DNA of 49,372 nt from Fimbriimonadales bacterium (lineage in GTDB: Bacteria > Armatimonadota > Fimbriimonadia > Fimbriimonadales > ATM1), in NCBI GenBank assembly GCA_051003155.1, contig JBPCLO010000001.1:1-49372 (forward strand), read 5' to 3'. This document shows positions 19,135 through 28,616 of the stretch, one piece after another. Position 1 is the stretch's first letter; every line of letters begins with the position of its first letter. A model generated the notes under the pieces. It worked only from the letters and a program-made list of their open reading frames with translations, was not told the origin of the DNA and did not search any database. Position numbers and translations under genes: made by a program.

Positions 19135-19656
19135 TCAACTGACATTTGCCGCTTTCTTCGCCGCGCTTATGGCGGAGCCGAAGTCGGGCAGGTCCAGTAT
19201 TTCGGGGACGTACTCGGCGTGGGTGATCATTCCGTTGGGGTCGATCACGAATACGGATCGCGCGAGCTGCCGCAGCGGCGGAATGAGCACGCCGTAGGCG
19301 TGGCCGAAAGAAGTCTCTAAGTGATCGCTTGCAAACTCGATTTCGTTAGCGCCCGCTTCCTTGGCGAACCGGGCTTGGGCTTGAGGCAGGTCGGTGCTCA
19401 CGTTCAAGACTTTGATAGATTCCGGCAGCCTACTCGCCTCCTCGTTGAATCGGTTCGCCATGGTTGCGCACACACCCGCCTCGATGGAAGGCGTCACCGA
19501 CAGGATTAGGGTCTTCCCCGCATAATCCGAGAGCGTGCGCGGAACGATTCCACTTGGGGTGACTTGTCGCAGCTCGAAGTCGGGCGCCTTGTCACCCGTA
19601 CGCAGTTCGCTGCCCTCGACGGGCACGAGACTGCCTTCAATTGTAACGATTCGCAT
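19135..19656 (-). CDS. tpx: Thiol peroxidase (Tpx subfamily), atypical single-Cys
   Basis: GDKAPDF, PSIEAGVC, S.DLP.AQ.RF, FG..YGV, LARSVFV motifs. Confidence 0.85.
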   Translation of the reverse strand: MRIVTIEGSLVPVEGSELRTGDKAPDFELRQVTPSGIVPRTLSDYAGKTLILSVTPSIEAGVCATMANRFNEEASRLPESIKVLNVSTDLPQAQARFAKEAGANEIEFASDHLETSFGHAYGVLIPPLRQLARSVFVIDPNGMITHAEYVPEILDLPDFGSAISAAKKAANVS

Positions 19657-19667
19657 AATGGTCTCCT

Positions 19668-20189
19668 TTAATAATCGATGAGTGCGTTGATCTCATACCC
19701 TCGAAGCGCATGCCGTCCCGGCAAGAAGGTGAGTTCGACAAGGAAGCTGAAACCGGCGACGGCAGCGCCGCACTTCTCGACTAACCGCGCGGATGCCATC
19801 GCTGTGCCACCGGTCGCCAGCAAATCGTCCACAACGAGCACGCGGTCGCCAGTTGCGACCGCATCTTTGTGGATTTCCACCGTGTTGGTCCCGTACTCGA
19901 GGGCGTACTCCTCGGCGATCGTGTCGTAGGGCAGCTTGCCGAGCTTTCGGATCAGGCTGAGCGGAAGGCCGAGCTTCAAGGCTATCGGGGCAGCGAAGAT
20001 GAAGCCGCGCGATTCGATCCCAACGATGACCGTCGGCGCCATCAGCTCCGCAGCCTGGGCCATCATTTGGATCACCTCGTTAAATGCCTGCGGATGCTGC
20101 AGAATCGGGGTGATATCTTTGAACACGATGCCCGGTTTGGGAAAGTCGTGGACGTCGCGGATGAAAGCCTTGGCCAGCAGTTCGCTCAT
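19668..20189 (-). CDS. apt: Adenine phosphoribosyltransferase
   Basis: DFPKPGIVFKDITP, ESRGF, RKLGKLP, YALEYG, VDDLLATGGT motifs. Confidence 0.97.
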   Translation of the reverse strand: MSELLAKAFIRDVHDFPKPGIVFKDITPILQHPQAFNEVIQMMAQAAELMAPTVIVGIESRGFIFAAPIALKLGLPLSLIRKLGKLPYDTIAEEYALEYGTNTVEIHKDAVATGDRVLVVDDLLATGGTAMASARLVEKCGAAVAGFSFLVELTFLPGRHALRGYEINALIDY

Positions 20190-20232
20190 GTCGTGGCAGA
20201 CTATACCTTCGCCATCCGGCGTTGCATAAAAG

Positions 20233-20264
20233 TGCTATAATCGGCAAGTTAACTCCGAGTTAAC
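20233..20264 (+). promoter_or_regulatory. Extended -10 promoter with overlapping palindromic operator
   Basis: TGCTATAAT (20233-20241) followed by GTTAACTC-C-GAGTTAAC (20248-20264) upstream of the ECF sigma gene. Confidence 0.55.
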
Positions 20265-20329
20265 GCAACAAATTGAGTCTTAAGTCACGTCAAATAGTGA
20301 CAAACGCAAAAGTATCGGAGCAGGCCGTA

Positions 20330-20899
20330 ATGGAAGTCACAGCGAAGGTCACTACACAGCAAGGCGTTTATTCAGACGCCAGAATCGAGGAAGCCAAACT
20401 CGTCTACCGTATCCGCCAAGGAGACGACATAGCTCTCAGGGAAGTAATCGAACGGCACCGAGTTAGGCTCATCCGCACCGCATGCAACATTCTGCGCGAC
20501 GCAATGGAAGCTGAAGACGTCGCCCAGGAGGCCTTTCTCAAAGCCTTCCGCGAACTGCATCGTCTCCGCGACGACCGCGCCTTTGCCTCCTTCATTTACC
20601 GAATTTGCGTTCGGCTTTGCGTGGACCGACTGCGACTCAAGCGCGCCGAGCCATCGGCTCTCGAACCTGCAGATCTGACCCCTTCAGGTTCCATCGAAAA
20701 CCGCGTGCTAATCGAAAAACTTTTGGCGAAACTTCCTGCCGATTTACGCACTACTCTCGTCTTAAGGGAGATGGAGCAGTTGAGCTACGAAGAAGTTGCA
20801 CAAGTGATGGAAGTGCCGGTAGGCACGGTAAGGTCACGCCTCCACACCGCGCGGGAGCGATTCCGGGCACTTTGGATAGCTGCCAACGAATTAGATTGA
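20330..20899 (+). CDS. ECF RNA polymerase sigma factor
   Basis: AEDVAQEAFLKA (region 2) and LSYEEVA..M.VP.GTVRSRLH.AR (region 4). Confidence 0.95.
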   Translation: MEVTAKVTTQQGVYSDARIEEAKLVYRIRQGDDIALREVIERHRVRLIRTACNILRDAMEAEDVAQEAFLKAFRELHRLRDDRAFASFIYRICVRLCVDRLRLKRAEPSALEPADLTPSGSIENRVLIEKLLAKLPADLRTTLVLREMEQLSYEEVAQVMEVPVGTVRSRLHTARERFRALWIAANELD

Positions 20900-20900
20900 G

Positions 20901-21377
20901 ATGTTCTCGCTTTATGCTTGCAATCGATACAGAAAGCTTCGCCTAGCCTCTGAGGACGGCGTCTTGAGCGGACGCGCGCTCCGATTTCTCGCGGTCCACT
21001 CTCAAGCCTGCGGCGAGTGCCTGCATTACGATGTCGAGATTTCAGACATGAAGGCGGCGCTTCGCTCCGCAGCTTTGGAGCACGAAGGCGGGCCTGAATT
21101 CGGCGCGGCTACGTTGCGAGTGGTTCTTGCTGATCGGCAGCAGCGCAGAACGCCTACGCTCAAACCAATCATTGTTGGCGCTGCAACCGCCGTCATCGCG
21201 GTAGGCGCTATCCTGCAATTGCTGAGCGCGTCCCTAAACGCCACCGTATCGCCAACCGGCGAGGCGCAGCGGCCGTTGCGGCAAGACATGCCACTTGAGG
21301 TCGACACGCCCGGAACATTCAACCTCTTCGACACTCCGAGCCGCCTGGTTCGGGACCCGAAACCTTTCGACGCCTAA
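20901..21377 (+). CDS. Putative zinc-finger anti-sigma factor
   Basis: HxxxCxxC (HSQACGEC) ZAS motif, single TM segment, directly after the ECF sigma. Confidence 0.75.
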   Translation: MFSLYACNRYRKLRLASEDGVLSGRALRFLAVHSQACGECLHYDVEISDMKAALRSAALEHEGGPEFGAATLRVVLADRQQRRTPTLKPIIVGAATAVIAVGAILQLLSASLNATVSPTGEAQRPLRQDMPLEVDTPGTFNLFDTPSRLVRDPKPFDA

Positions 21378-21383
21378 TACCCA

Positions 21384-22922
21384 ATGACGTTTGGGCAGAG
21401 GCTTTTTCTTGGATTCGTCCTTGGAGGAGTCCTTACCCTGCTCATCCATCCCAGTTCCAGACTGCTGATGATTTATTCCATGCGGCCGGAAAATGTGCGG
21501 ACGGCGCTGGAAGCGAACCCGTTGTACTCCGAACCGCTCGAGCTGTTTCCTCCTACGGGCGTAGCGTCGATGTCCGAGTTCGACAGGTTTCTAACGGCTT
21601 ACAGAATTGCGCGGAGAATCAATCAGCCCACCGTGACGCCTGCCGCCGCGGATTTGGTCGTGGCATCCCGGTTCGCCAAGGAAGCAGGGGCGAAGGAGCC
21701 CGACAATGCTTACTGGGGACAATTTGAGGCGGCGCTGGCTGCCATCGCTCAGGACGAACGCAAGGCGCTGGATGCTTGGGGCGGCGCGACGAGCAAGACG
21801 GGTTGGAAAGCTGGAGAGTCGGACCTTATTGGGCGGGTATGGGCCGACGTAAGCTCTGGCGAAGGGGTAGAACTCGCATGGCAAGGGATGCTGGCGCTGG
21901 AGTGTGCTTCTCACGAGCCAGCCAAGCTGATTACAGCGAATATGTCGAATTTCGCGAGGTCGAGCCTCGCAGCGCAATACTACACCCTGGCAAATGCTGC
22001 GTTGATCCTGAACGGGACACGCTCCTTCGATTCCGGGCGGCGGGCGGCGACGATGGCCAATCTGGCCGTTTTTGGAGCCGAGACTCCCCCGCGATTGCTT
22101 CAAAGACGCGTTATTCAGACGCAGCGAAGCGCTTTCCCGCAAGCCGTCGGCAAGGAGCTTGGAACACGAGCTGCGAGAACTGCGCGGAGGAGCCTGCAAA
22201 CCTCTGAGAGTTGGGAAGCATACACACAGCCAGCGGAGCCGTTCATGATGCGCGAGAGGCGGCGCCTTCGCATCGAGTCCGTGCTCACCGCATGCTTGCC
22301 ATCGGGCATATTCTTCGCGTCCTTGATCATGGCCGGTGTGGCTCTATTCGGGACCTTGATAGCCGAGCTATTCCGCGGTGTGGTTCACCCGAATTCACGC
22401 GCGGTTTACGGAGTCGGAATATTTGCCGCAATAGTAGTCTACTGGCAATCGTCCGCCCCCCTACTTGCCTTGTGGGTTCTCGCTCTTGGCGCCCTAGTGG
22501 GGTTACCACTCGACGTGGCAAAAGATGCTCAAGTGCAATGGAACCCGCTGAATCACGCAACGATGCGCGCCATCGCACTCCTTGTACTGGTATTACTCAC
22601 CGTTTGGCTGCTTGCCGGCTCGCCGCCCATTCAGTACCTCGGGCAGAACAAAGTTGCCCCGAGCGCATACGTGGGGCTAGCGTTCGTCATATTGAGCATG
22701 ATCCTTCCCTGCGCGGCCGTCTGGGCGAGGCTGAAGCAGCGGCCGATGCTGGCTACGGTTGGAGAGTCATTGCGCCAGGTAGGGCTGTTCGGGGCGTTGG
22801 CGGGCTTGGGCGCATCAGTCATCTTGGCTCCGGCCTCGATCTACCGCGATGCCCAAAATCGCCAATTGATCGAAAAGTGGATTCAGAATGAACCCGCCAC
22901 CTTCCAGGTGGAGTTACCTTGA
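21384..22922 (+). CDS. Hypothetical multi-pass membrane protein
   Basis: N-terminal TM, extracytoplasmic helical domain (EPDNAYW), several C-terminal TM segments. Confidence 0.8.
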   Translation: MTFGQRLFLGFVLGGVLTLLIHPSSRLLMIYSMRPENVRTALEANPLYSEPLELFPPTGVASMSEFDRFLTAYRIARRINQPTVTPAAADLVVASRFAKEAGAKEPDNAYWGQFEAALAAIAQDERKALDAWGGATSKTGWKAGESDLIGRVWADVSSGEGVELAWQGMLALECASHEPAKLITANMSNFARSSLAAQYYTLANAALILNGTRSFDSGRRAATMANLAVFGAETPPRLLQRRVIQTQRSAFPQAVGKELGTRAARTARRSLQTSESWEAYTQPAEPFMMRERRRLRIESVLTACLPSGIFFASLIMAGVALFGTLIAELFRGVVHPNSRAVYGVGIFAAIVVYWQSSAPLLALWVLALGALVGLPLDVAKDAQVQWNPLNHATMRAIALLVLVLLTVWLLAGSPPIQYLGQNKVAPSAYVGLAFVILSMILPCAAVWARLKQRPMLATVGESLRQVGLFGALAGLGASVILAPASIYRDAQNRQLIEKWIQNEPATFQVELP

Positions 22923-25267
22923 TGACGGCGATCGGAAAGTTCAAACAAGAACGGGAAAGTCTTCTTGCCGCCTTAAAAGAGAATCCTTCGGGCGAGAATT
23001 GGTGCGAACGCCACAGCGCACTCGCTGACTCCGTTGTGCAGGGCGTTTACAGCGGCGTTCATTCGGAAACGCCTGTGGCGGTCGTCGCGGTCGGCGGCTA
23101 CGGAAGACGAGAAGTTGCTCCCGGAAGCGATTTGGACCTGACCTTTATTCCCCTCGACGAGCATGATCCGAAAAACGAGGAAGTCGTTCGGTCTCTGTTT
23201 AAAGGGATTATCGACGCCTTCGACACCCTTGAATGGCCCGTGTCGTACGCGTATCGCCTGAGGTCCGACGCCCCCGCCCTCGACGACAAGACCCGCACCG
23301 GCCTCTTGGATGCGCGGCTCGTCGCCGGTGAGCAAGATGCGCTCGACCGCTTTCTGGAATCGTATTGGGCCAGCTTTCCCACCGCGGAGTTCCTGATTAG
23401 CAAATTCAGGGAGAGAGCCGATCGTCGCTTACGCTGGCACGACACGCCCCGGGTCGTGGAGTTCCACCTCATGGAAGGAGCAGGCGGATTGAGAGAAATT
23501 CAATGTGCGCAGTGGTTTGAAACGGCTTTGGGATTGGGGCTCCGACCAGATATCGCGGTAAGCCGAGAGACCCTTCTGGAGATTCGCAACGTACTACACT
23601 TGGTTACCGGCAGGAAAGAAGATCGCCTGCTTCGGACGCGATGTTCTGAGGTTGCAAAGGTCGTTCGTTCCGACCCTGACGATATTCGCGAGCGTGTAAT
23701 GGCTGCGGGAGAGGAGATTTTCCGCGAGTGGAGACGGGCCGCGTATGCTGCCCGCCGGGCAACCTTCCAGCTTGGCGCAGGTGTTCGAGCTAAGGACGGC
23801 GAGTGCGTTGTCCGGGACGAAGCCTCGCTCTCAGAGGCGGCAGTCGGAGTTTGCCGAGCCACCGAATTAGGGCTCCGCGTCGAGCGCGCCGCCATATCGC
23901 CGGAACTCGGGGACGCGGCCCTGATCACGAATTGCTTGACGGCGGGAGAGCCGGCCTTGCGTGCTCTAGACAGGGCGGGACTCCTTGATGCACTTCTTCC
24001 CGAATTTGCCGCCTGCAAGCATTTGCTCCCGCGCGATTCCGTGCACGAGTTTTCGGTCGGCGAGCACTCCATTCGCGTCGTAGGTGCCCTCGATCTCTTG
24101 CGGACCGACAAGGAATTCCATGCTGCTTGGGGTGAGGTCGCCATTTCGCGGCCGCTCTATCTCGCCGCGATCGCGCACGACTTGGGCAAGATCGAGCCGG
24201 GCAAGCCGCACAGCAGTATTGGAGCGGCAATGGCCGACGCTATCTGCACCAGACTGCGCACCAGCGAGGCGGAGAGGCAAACCACGGTCTGGCTGGTTCG
24301 ACATCATCTGACCCTTGCGCAAATCGCACGCACTCATGACCTCGGGCAGCCCGGCGCCGCATTGGAACTCGCTCGTCTGTGCGAGCGCCAAGAGCGCCTC
24401 GCCATGCTGTACCTTCTCACGGTGGCCGACGCCAGAAGTGTGGCGGAAGGGGTGTGGACGCCCCAAATGGCCTCGGCCATTCACGAGCTATACGGTCAAA
24501 CGAAGACTGCCATTGGCCTTGAAGTAACGCCTCCAGACCCGGCTGTGTATCGTAGCGCAGCTATTCGGCGGGTCAAGAGCGCGTCGATCGGCGAGGATAC
24601 CGAGGCCCTGCTCGAGAGCATGCCGACCCACTACCTGCTCGCCACACCCAAGGAATCCTTTTCGCTCCACTCGGATTACCTGGCCCGCGCCAGATCTGGC
24701 GGTACGGTCGTCGAGTTCCATAACAATCTCGAAAGCCGCACGACCGACATTACGGTTTGTCGCCTCGACCTGCCCCAGCCTGGACTGCTAAGCCGGATAT
24801 TGGGAGTCGTTTATGCGTTCGACGTGGCCTTGCACGGCTTGCGGGCAGCTTCGACGACTCGGGGCGAGCCTATTGCGTTAGATGTTTTGGCTACGTCGTT
24901 TCGGCGCGAACCTCTGCCTGCGTCCCTTTCGAGCTTCGTCGCCGCCGAAATGCGGGAATGCTTGGGAGACGCAGGCAAGCTCGACGAACTCCTGCGCGAG
25001 CATGGCAAGGACCCAGACCAGCGGCAGGAAATGTTGACCCATCGATTTTTTGAAGGAGATCTCGGAATTTTGGAGGTCGAGACCCCTCCGGGCAGAGGCA
25101 TGCCATTCCGCGTAACCAAAACGCTCGCAGAATTAGGGTGGAACGTGCACGTTGCCCGGATCGGACAATGGGCGGGCCGAGCGGTCGGCCGCTTTTACCT
25201 CGACCTGCCCGGCGGTGTCCTGACAACGGAAGTGGTCGATTCGGCCTTGGGCGGTGGCGCTCGGTAG
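22919..25267 (+). CDS. glnD: GlnD-like PII uridylyltransferase/uridylyl-removing enzyme
   Basis: AVGGYGR.E.AP.SDLDL nucleotidyltransferase motif, GGLR, HDLGK HD domain, two C-terminal ACT-like segments. Confidence 0.85.
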   Translation: MMTAIGKFKQERESLLAALKENPSGENWCERHSALADSVVQGVYSGVHSETPVAVVAVGGYGRREVAPGSDLDLTFIPLDEHDPKNEEVVRSLFKGIIDAFDTLEWPVSYAYRLRSDAPALDDKTRTGLLDARLVAGEQDALDRFLESYWASFPTAEFLISKFRERADRRLRWHDTPRVVEFHLMEGAGGLREIQCAQWFETALGLGLRPDIAVSRETLLEIRNVLHLVTGRKEDRLLRTRCSEVAKVVRSDPDDIRERVMAAGEEIFREWRRAAYAARRATFQLGAGVRAKDGECVVRDEASLSEAAVGVCRATELGLRVERAAISPELGDAALITNCLTAGEPALRALDRAGLLDALLPEFAACKHLLPRDSVHEFSVGEHSIRVVGALDLLRTDKEFHAAWGEVAISRPLYLAAIAHDLGKIEPGKPHSSIGAAMADAICTRLRTSEAERQTTVWLVRHHLTLAQIARTHDLGQPGAALELARLCERQERLAMLYLLTVADARSVAEGVWTPQMASAIHELYGQTKTAIGLEVTPPDPAVYRSAAIRRVKSASIGEDTEALLESMPTHYLLATPKESFSLHSDYLARARSGGTVVEFHNNLESRTTDITVCRLDLPQPGLLSRILGVVYAFDVALHGLRAASTTRGEPIALDVLATSFRREPLPASLSSFVAAEMRECLGDAGKLDELLREHGKDPDQRQEMLTHRFFEGDLGILEVETPPGRGMPFRVTKTLAELGWNVHVARIGQWAGRAVGRFYLDLPGGVLTTEVVDSALGGGAR

Positions 25268-25286
25268 GTATAGTCCAACCTCTGAC

Positions 25287-25736
25287 ATGAAACTTCTGAT
25301 ATTCGGCTGCGGACGCACAGGAGCCGCCTTGGCAATCACTATGGCGAGGCGCGGCCATGAAGTCACGATGATAGAACAGGATCCTAGCGCTCTGACACGC
25401 TTGGGCCAGGACCACGGCTGTAAGACCATTCTGGGGGACGGTTTGAGCGACGATGTCCTCGAAAAGGCAGGGATTAAAGATGCCGACGCTTTTGTCACGA
25501 CGACACGAGGCGACAACACCAACTTGATGGCGGCTCAGATCGCGCAAACGCGCTACAAAGTGCCTAAGGTCTGCGCAAAGGTGAACGACCCGTTTCGGGC
25601 TGCGGAATACACCAAGATGGGCGTCATGTGCATCACGCCGAACCTTCTGACAGCCGGTATGATGCGCAACTGGCTGATGGAAGAGCCGTACGGCCCAATC
25701 GACACCTTCAACCATCACGGCGAGGGGGCTACATAG
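25287..25736 (+). CDS. trkA: TrkA-family potassium transport regulator (TrkA_N only)
   Basis: IFGCGRTG Rossmann motif, GD...L..AGI..AD, DNTNL. Confidence 0.88.
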   Translation: MKLLIFGCGRTGAALAITMARRGHEVTMIEQDPSALTRLGQDHGCKTILGDGLSDDVLEKAGIKDADAFVTTTRGDNTNLMAAQIAQTRYKVPKVCAKVNDPFRAAEYTKMGVMCITPNLLTAGMMRNWLMEEPYGPIDTFNHHGEGAT

Positions 25737-25737
25737 C

Positions 25738-26388
25738 ATGTACGTGATTATCGTCGGAGGCGGCAACGTAGGAACGTACCTTACGCGCAGGCTCATCGAA
25801 TCTGGAAACGAAGCCCTGCTGCTCGAGAAGGACCCCGCACAACTGGCAAAACTCGAAAATGTCCTCGACGGCGCCGTTGCCCTCGGCGACGGTTGCGAAG
25901 CCCAAGTGCAGAAGGAGACCGGCTTCGAGCGCGCGGACGTCGTCGCCGCGGTCACCGGTGAAGACGAAGACAACTTGATCGTTTGTCAGATGGCAATTAG
26001 AACGTGGGGAGTAGAGCGGACGGTAGCGCGCGTAAACGACCCCCGCCATGTATCGCTCTTTACCGAGCTTGGCGTATCTGGGGTCGTGAGCGCGACGAAT
26101 ATCCTTTACAACTTGGTCGAACAAGAGATTTCGTTGGGCACGGTGATTCCGCTGGCGGCCCTCAGGCGAGGCAACATCGAAGTGGTGGAAGGGACTCTCA
26201 CGTCGCGGTCGCCCTCCGTAGGAAAGCGAATCAAAGAGCTCACCCTCCCGCCGAAGAGCAATGTGGTCTGGGTTTTGCGCGGTGAGGAAGGCCACCTAGT
26301 CGACGGCGAAACCGTTCTGCAGACAGGCGACCTCGTCGTTGCTCTGGTACCGACTGAGCATGAAGCGCTGCTTCGCGACGTACTCTAG
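25738..26388 (+). CDS. trkA: TrkA-family potassium transport regulator (TrkA_N + TrkA_C)
   Basis: IVGGGNVG, VTGEDEDNL, ARVNDP, C-terminal RCK_C (SPSVGKRIKEL.LP). Confidence 0.9.
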   Translation: MYVIIVGGGNVGTYLTRRLIESGNEALLLEKDPAQLAKLENVLDGAVALGDGCEAQVQKETGFERADVVAAVTGEDEDNLIVCQMAIRTWGVERTVARVNDPRHVSLFTELGVSGVVSATNILYNLVEQEISLGTVIPLAALRRGNIEVVEGTLTSRSPSVGKRIKELTLPPKSNVVWVLRGEEGHLVDGETVLQTGDLVVALVPTEHEALLRDVL

Positions 26389-27464
26389 TCTAACAATCGC
26401 CCGATGTCGAGGTAAGTAACGCTGATGAAGAGGATGCCGATCATCACGATTCCCACCACGCCGAGCACCTCTTGAGTTCGCAAGGACAGTCGCCTGCCGC
26501 CGCGGAGGGTCTCGACCAACACGACCATGAGCTGGCCGCCATCCATGAGCGGGATCGGCAGCAGGTTGATCAGGCCAAGCGACACGCTGATGAGCGCAGC
26601 GATAGAGATGAAGTAGGGCACCCCATACTCCACCGCTTGGCCGGCGGCCTTGCCGATCGAGATGATTCCGCCCGCCTCTTTCTTAAGCCTGGCCGGGTTC
26701 ATAAGCACGCTGGCTGTCTCGCTGATGATCATCTTGGTGTTGTCGTAAGCTAGCGCCGCTGCTTCCCCTAGACCGACCGGTACCGAAGGCGCGGGCTTGA
26801 CACCGAGTTGAAACTGCTTGGCGGGAAGGTCGTTCACACCGGGATCATCTTTGAACTCCTGTGGGATTTGGACCTTTTCGTAAGTCGGAGATACGGGCAC
26901 TTGAAGCCGGCGCGAAGCCCGTTCGACGGTGAGCTTCAGTTCCTTGCCCTTGGATTCCTGGACCAACCCCCTGATTTCGGTAAACCGCTCGATCCGTTTG
27001 GCGTCAACGGCGACAATCTTGTCGCCCGGTTTTAGACCCGCCTTCTCGGCCGCCGATCCACCCGAAACTTCGCCGATGATCGGCGCGTCCTTGCGACCAA
27101 ACGCAGCGATCTCGCCGAAGAAGAACAAGTAGCCGAAGAGGATGCTGAACAGCGGCCCAGCGAACAGAACGAGCGCCCGAGAACCGAGGCCACGCGAATA
27201 GAACCCTCGCGAAATCTGCGTTTCGCTGCCGTCGGGTTTTGGCTCCATGCCCTTGATCCTAACGAAACCGCCAAGAGGGATCGCCCTGAGACAATACTCG
27301 GTGCCCTTGCTACACTTGGTGCAGAAAATCTTCTTACCGAAGCCGATTGCGAACTCTTCCACCTCCATTCCGCGCCATCTCGCGAAGAGGAAATGGCCAA
27401 GCTCGTGGACGCCAACGACGATGGTGAAAAGCAGAGCAATAACAAGGATTTGAAGGATAATCAA
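26385..27464 (-). CDS. rseP: RIP metalloprotease RseP
   Basis: HELGH, PLGGFV, AGP, PDZ domain, NLLPIPLMDGG motifs. Confidence 0.95.
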   Translation of the reverse strand: MIILQILVIALLFTIVVGVHELGHFLFARWRGMEVEEFAIGFGKKIFCTKCSKGTEYCLRAIPLGGFVRIKGMEPKPDGSETQISRGFYSRGLGSRALVLFAGPLFSILFGYLFFFGEIAAFGRKDAPIIGEVSGGSAAEKAGLKPGDKIVAVDAKRIERFTEIRGLVQESKGKELKLTVERASRRLQVPVSPTYEKVQIPQEFKDDPGVNDLPAKQFQLGVKPAPSVPVGLGEAAALAYDNTKMIISETASVLMNPARLKKEAGGIISIGKAAGQAVEYGVPYFISIAALISVSLGLINLLPIPLMDGGQLMVVLVETLRGGRRLSLRTQEVLGVVGIVMIGILFISVTYLDIGRLLD

Positions 27465-27482
27465 CGAACGAAGACTCCGATA

Positions 27483-28616
27483 CTAATTATACGACACCCG
27501 GTTTCGGGCCAACAATTCACGCCATGTCTTGCGAGCTTCGAGATCGGTGCTCAAAATGCTTTCCAGAAACGGCGTTCCGGTCTCGGCCTTGTCTAGCGAT
27601 CGCTCGACGCAGCGCACGATATCCATGAAGCCTATCTCGCCTCGTAGAAAAGCATTTGCCGCCTCCTCGTTTACAGCGTTCACTCGAGTTGGCGCGAGTC
27701 CGCCGATATTGAAAGCTTCGCGGGCAACCTCGGGAAGATTAAACGTCGCCTCGTCGAGCGGCTCAAACGATAAATTCGGGGTATCGATGGGGGACCACGG
27801 TTTTGCGGGAGAAGAAATCCGCTCCGGCCCTAAGAGCGCGTATTGGATGGGCAGCTTCATGTCTGGGTGGCCCAATTGGCCGATTACACTGCCGTCGTCG
27901 AACTTGACCATAGAATGGATGATGCTCTCCGGGTGGACGATAATCTGCACTCGGTCGGGCGATATATCGAACAGCCAGCACGCCTCGATGAGTTCCAGGC
28001 CCTTGTTCATTAGCGTGGCCGAGTCGATCGTGATCTTGCCTCCCATACGCCAGGTCGGGTGGTTCAGCGCTTGCTCGACAGTCACGGTTTCCAAGCGGTC
28101 TCCGCTCCACCCTTTGAACGGGCCGCCACTCGCCGTGAGGATGATCCGGTCTACTTGGTCGAGCCGCTCTCCCTGAAGGCATTGCAGCACTGCGGAGTGT
28201 TCAGAGTCGATTGGGCGAAGGCGGTTCGGCGCGGCTTTCGGCATTACGATCGAGCCTCCGGCGACAAGCACCTCCTTGCTCGCAAGAGCGACCTCTTTGC
28301 CCGCGTCGAGCGCTGCGATCGTGGGTTGCAAACCGATCATTCCGCTAACGGAGACGACCACGAGGTCTACCTCTTCGCTGGTTGCAATTTCGATCAAGCC
28401 GTCCATTCCGGCCAGCGCGCCGATTTGGTACGCGACGTCGACGTCATACATCCCTAAGTACTTAGGGCGAAACTCTGCCGCCTGCTCTTGAAGGAGCACG
28501 CCGTTAGAATGCGCCGCAAGGCCGGTTACGCGCAACGCCTCGGGATGCATCCGTACCACGTCGAGCGTTTGCGTTCCGATGCTACCGGTGCTTCCTAAGA
28601 TGGCAATCCGCTTCAT
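27483..28616 (-). CDS. dxr: 1-deoxy-D-xylulose-5-phosphate reductoisomerase
   Basis: LGSTGSIGTQTL, PIDSEH, TASGGPF, HPTWRMGGKITIDSATLMNKGLE motifs. Confidence 0.98.
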   Translation of the reverse strand: MKRIAILGSTGSIGTQTLDVVRMHPEALRVTGLAAHSNGVLLQEQAAEFRPKYLGMYDVDVAYQIGALAGMDGLIEIATSEEVDLVVVSVSGMIGLQPTIAALDAGKEVALASKEVLVAGGSIVMPKAAPNRLRPIDSEHSAVLQCLQGERLDQVDRIILTASGGPFKGWSGDRLETVTVEQALNHPTWRMGGKITIDSATLMNKGLELIEACWLFDISPDRVQIIVHPESIIHSMVKFDDGSVIGQLGHPDMKLPIQYALLGPERISSPAKPWSPIDTPNLSFEPLDEATFNLPEVAREAFNIGGLAPTRVNAVNEEAANAFLRGEIGFMDIVRCVERSLDKAETGTPFLESILSTDLEARKTWRELLARNRVSYN

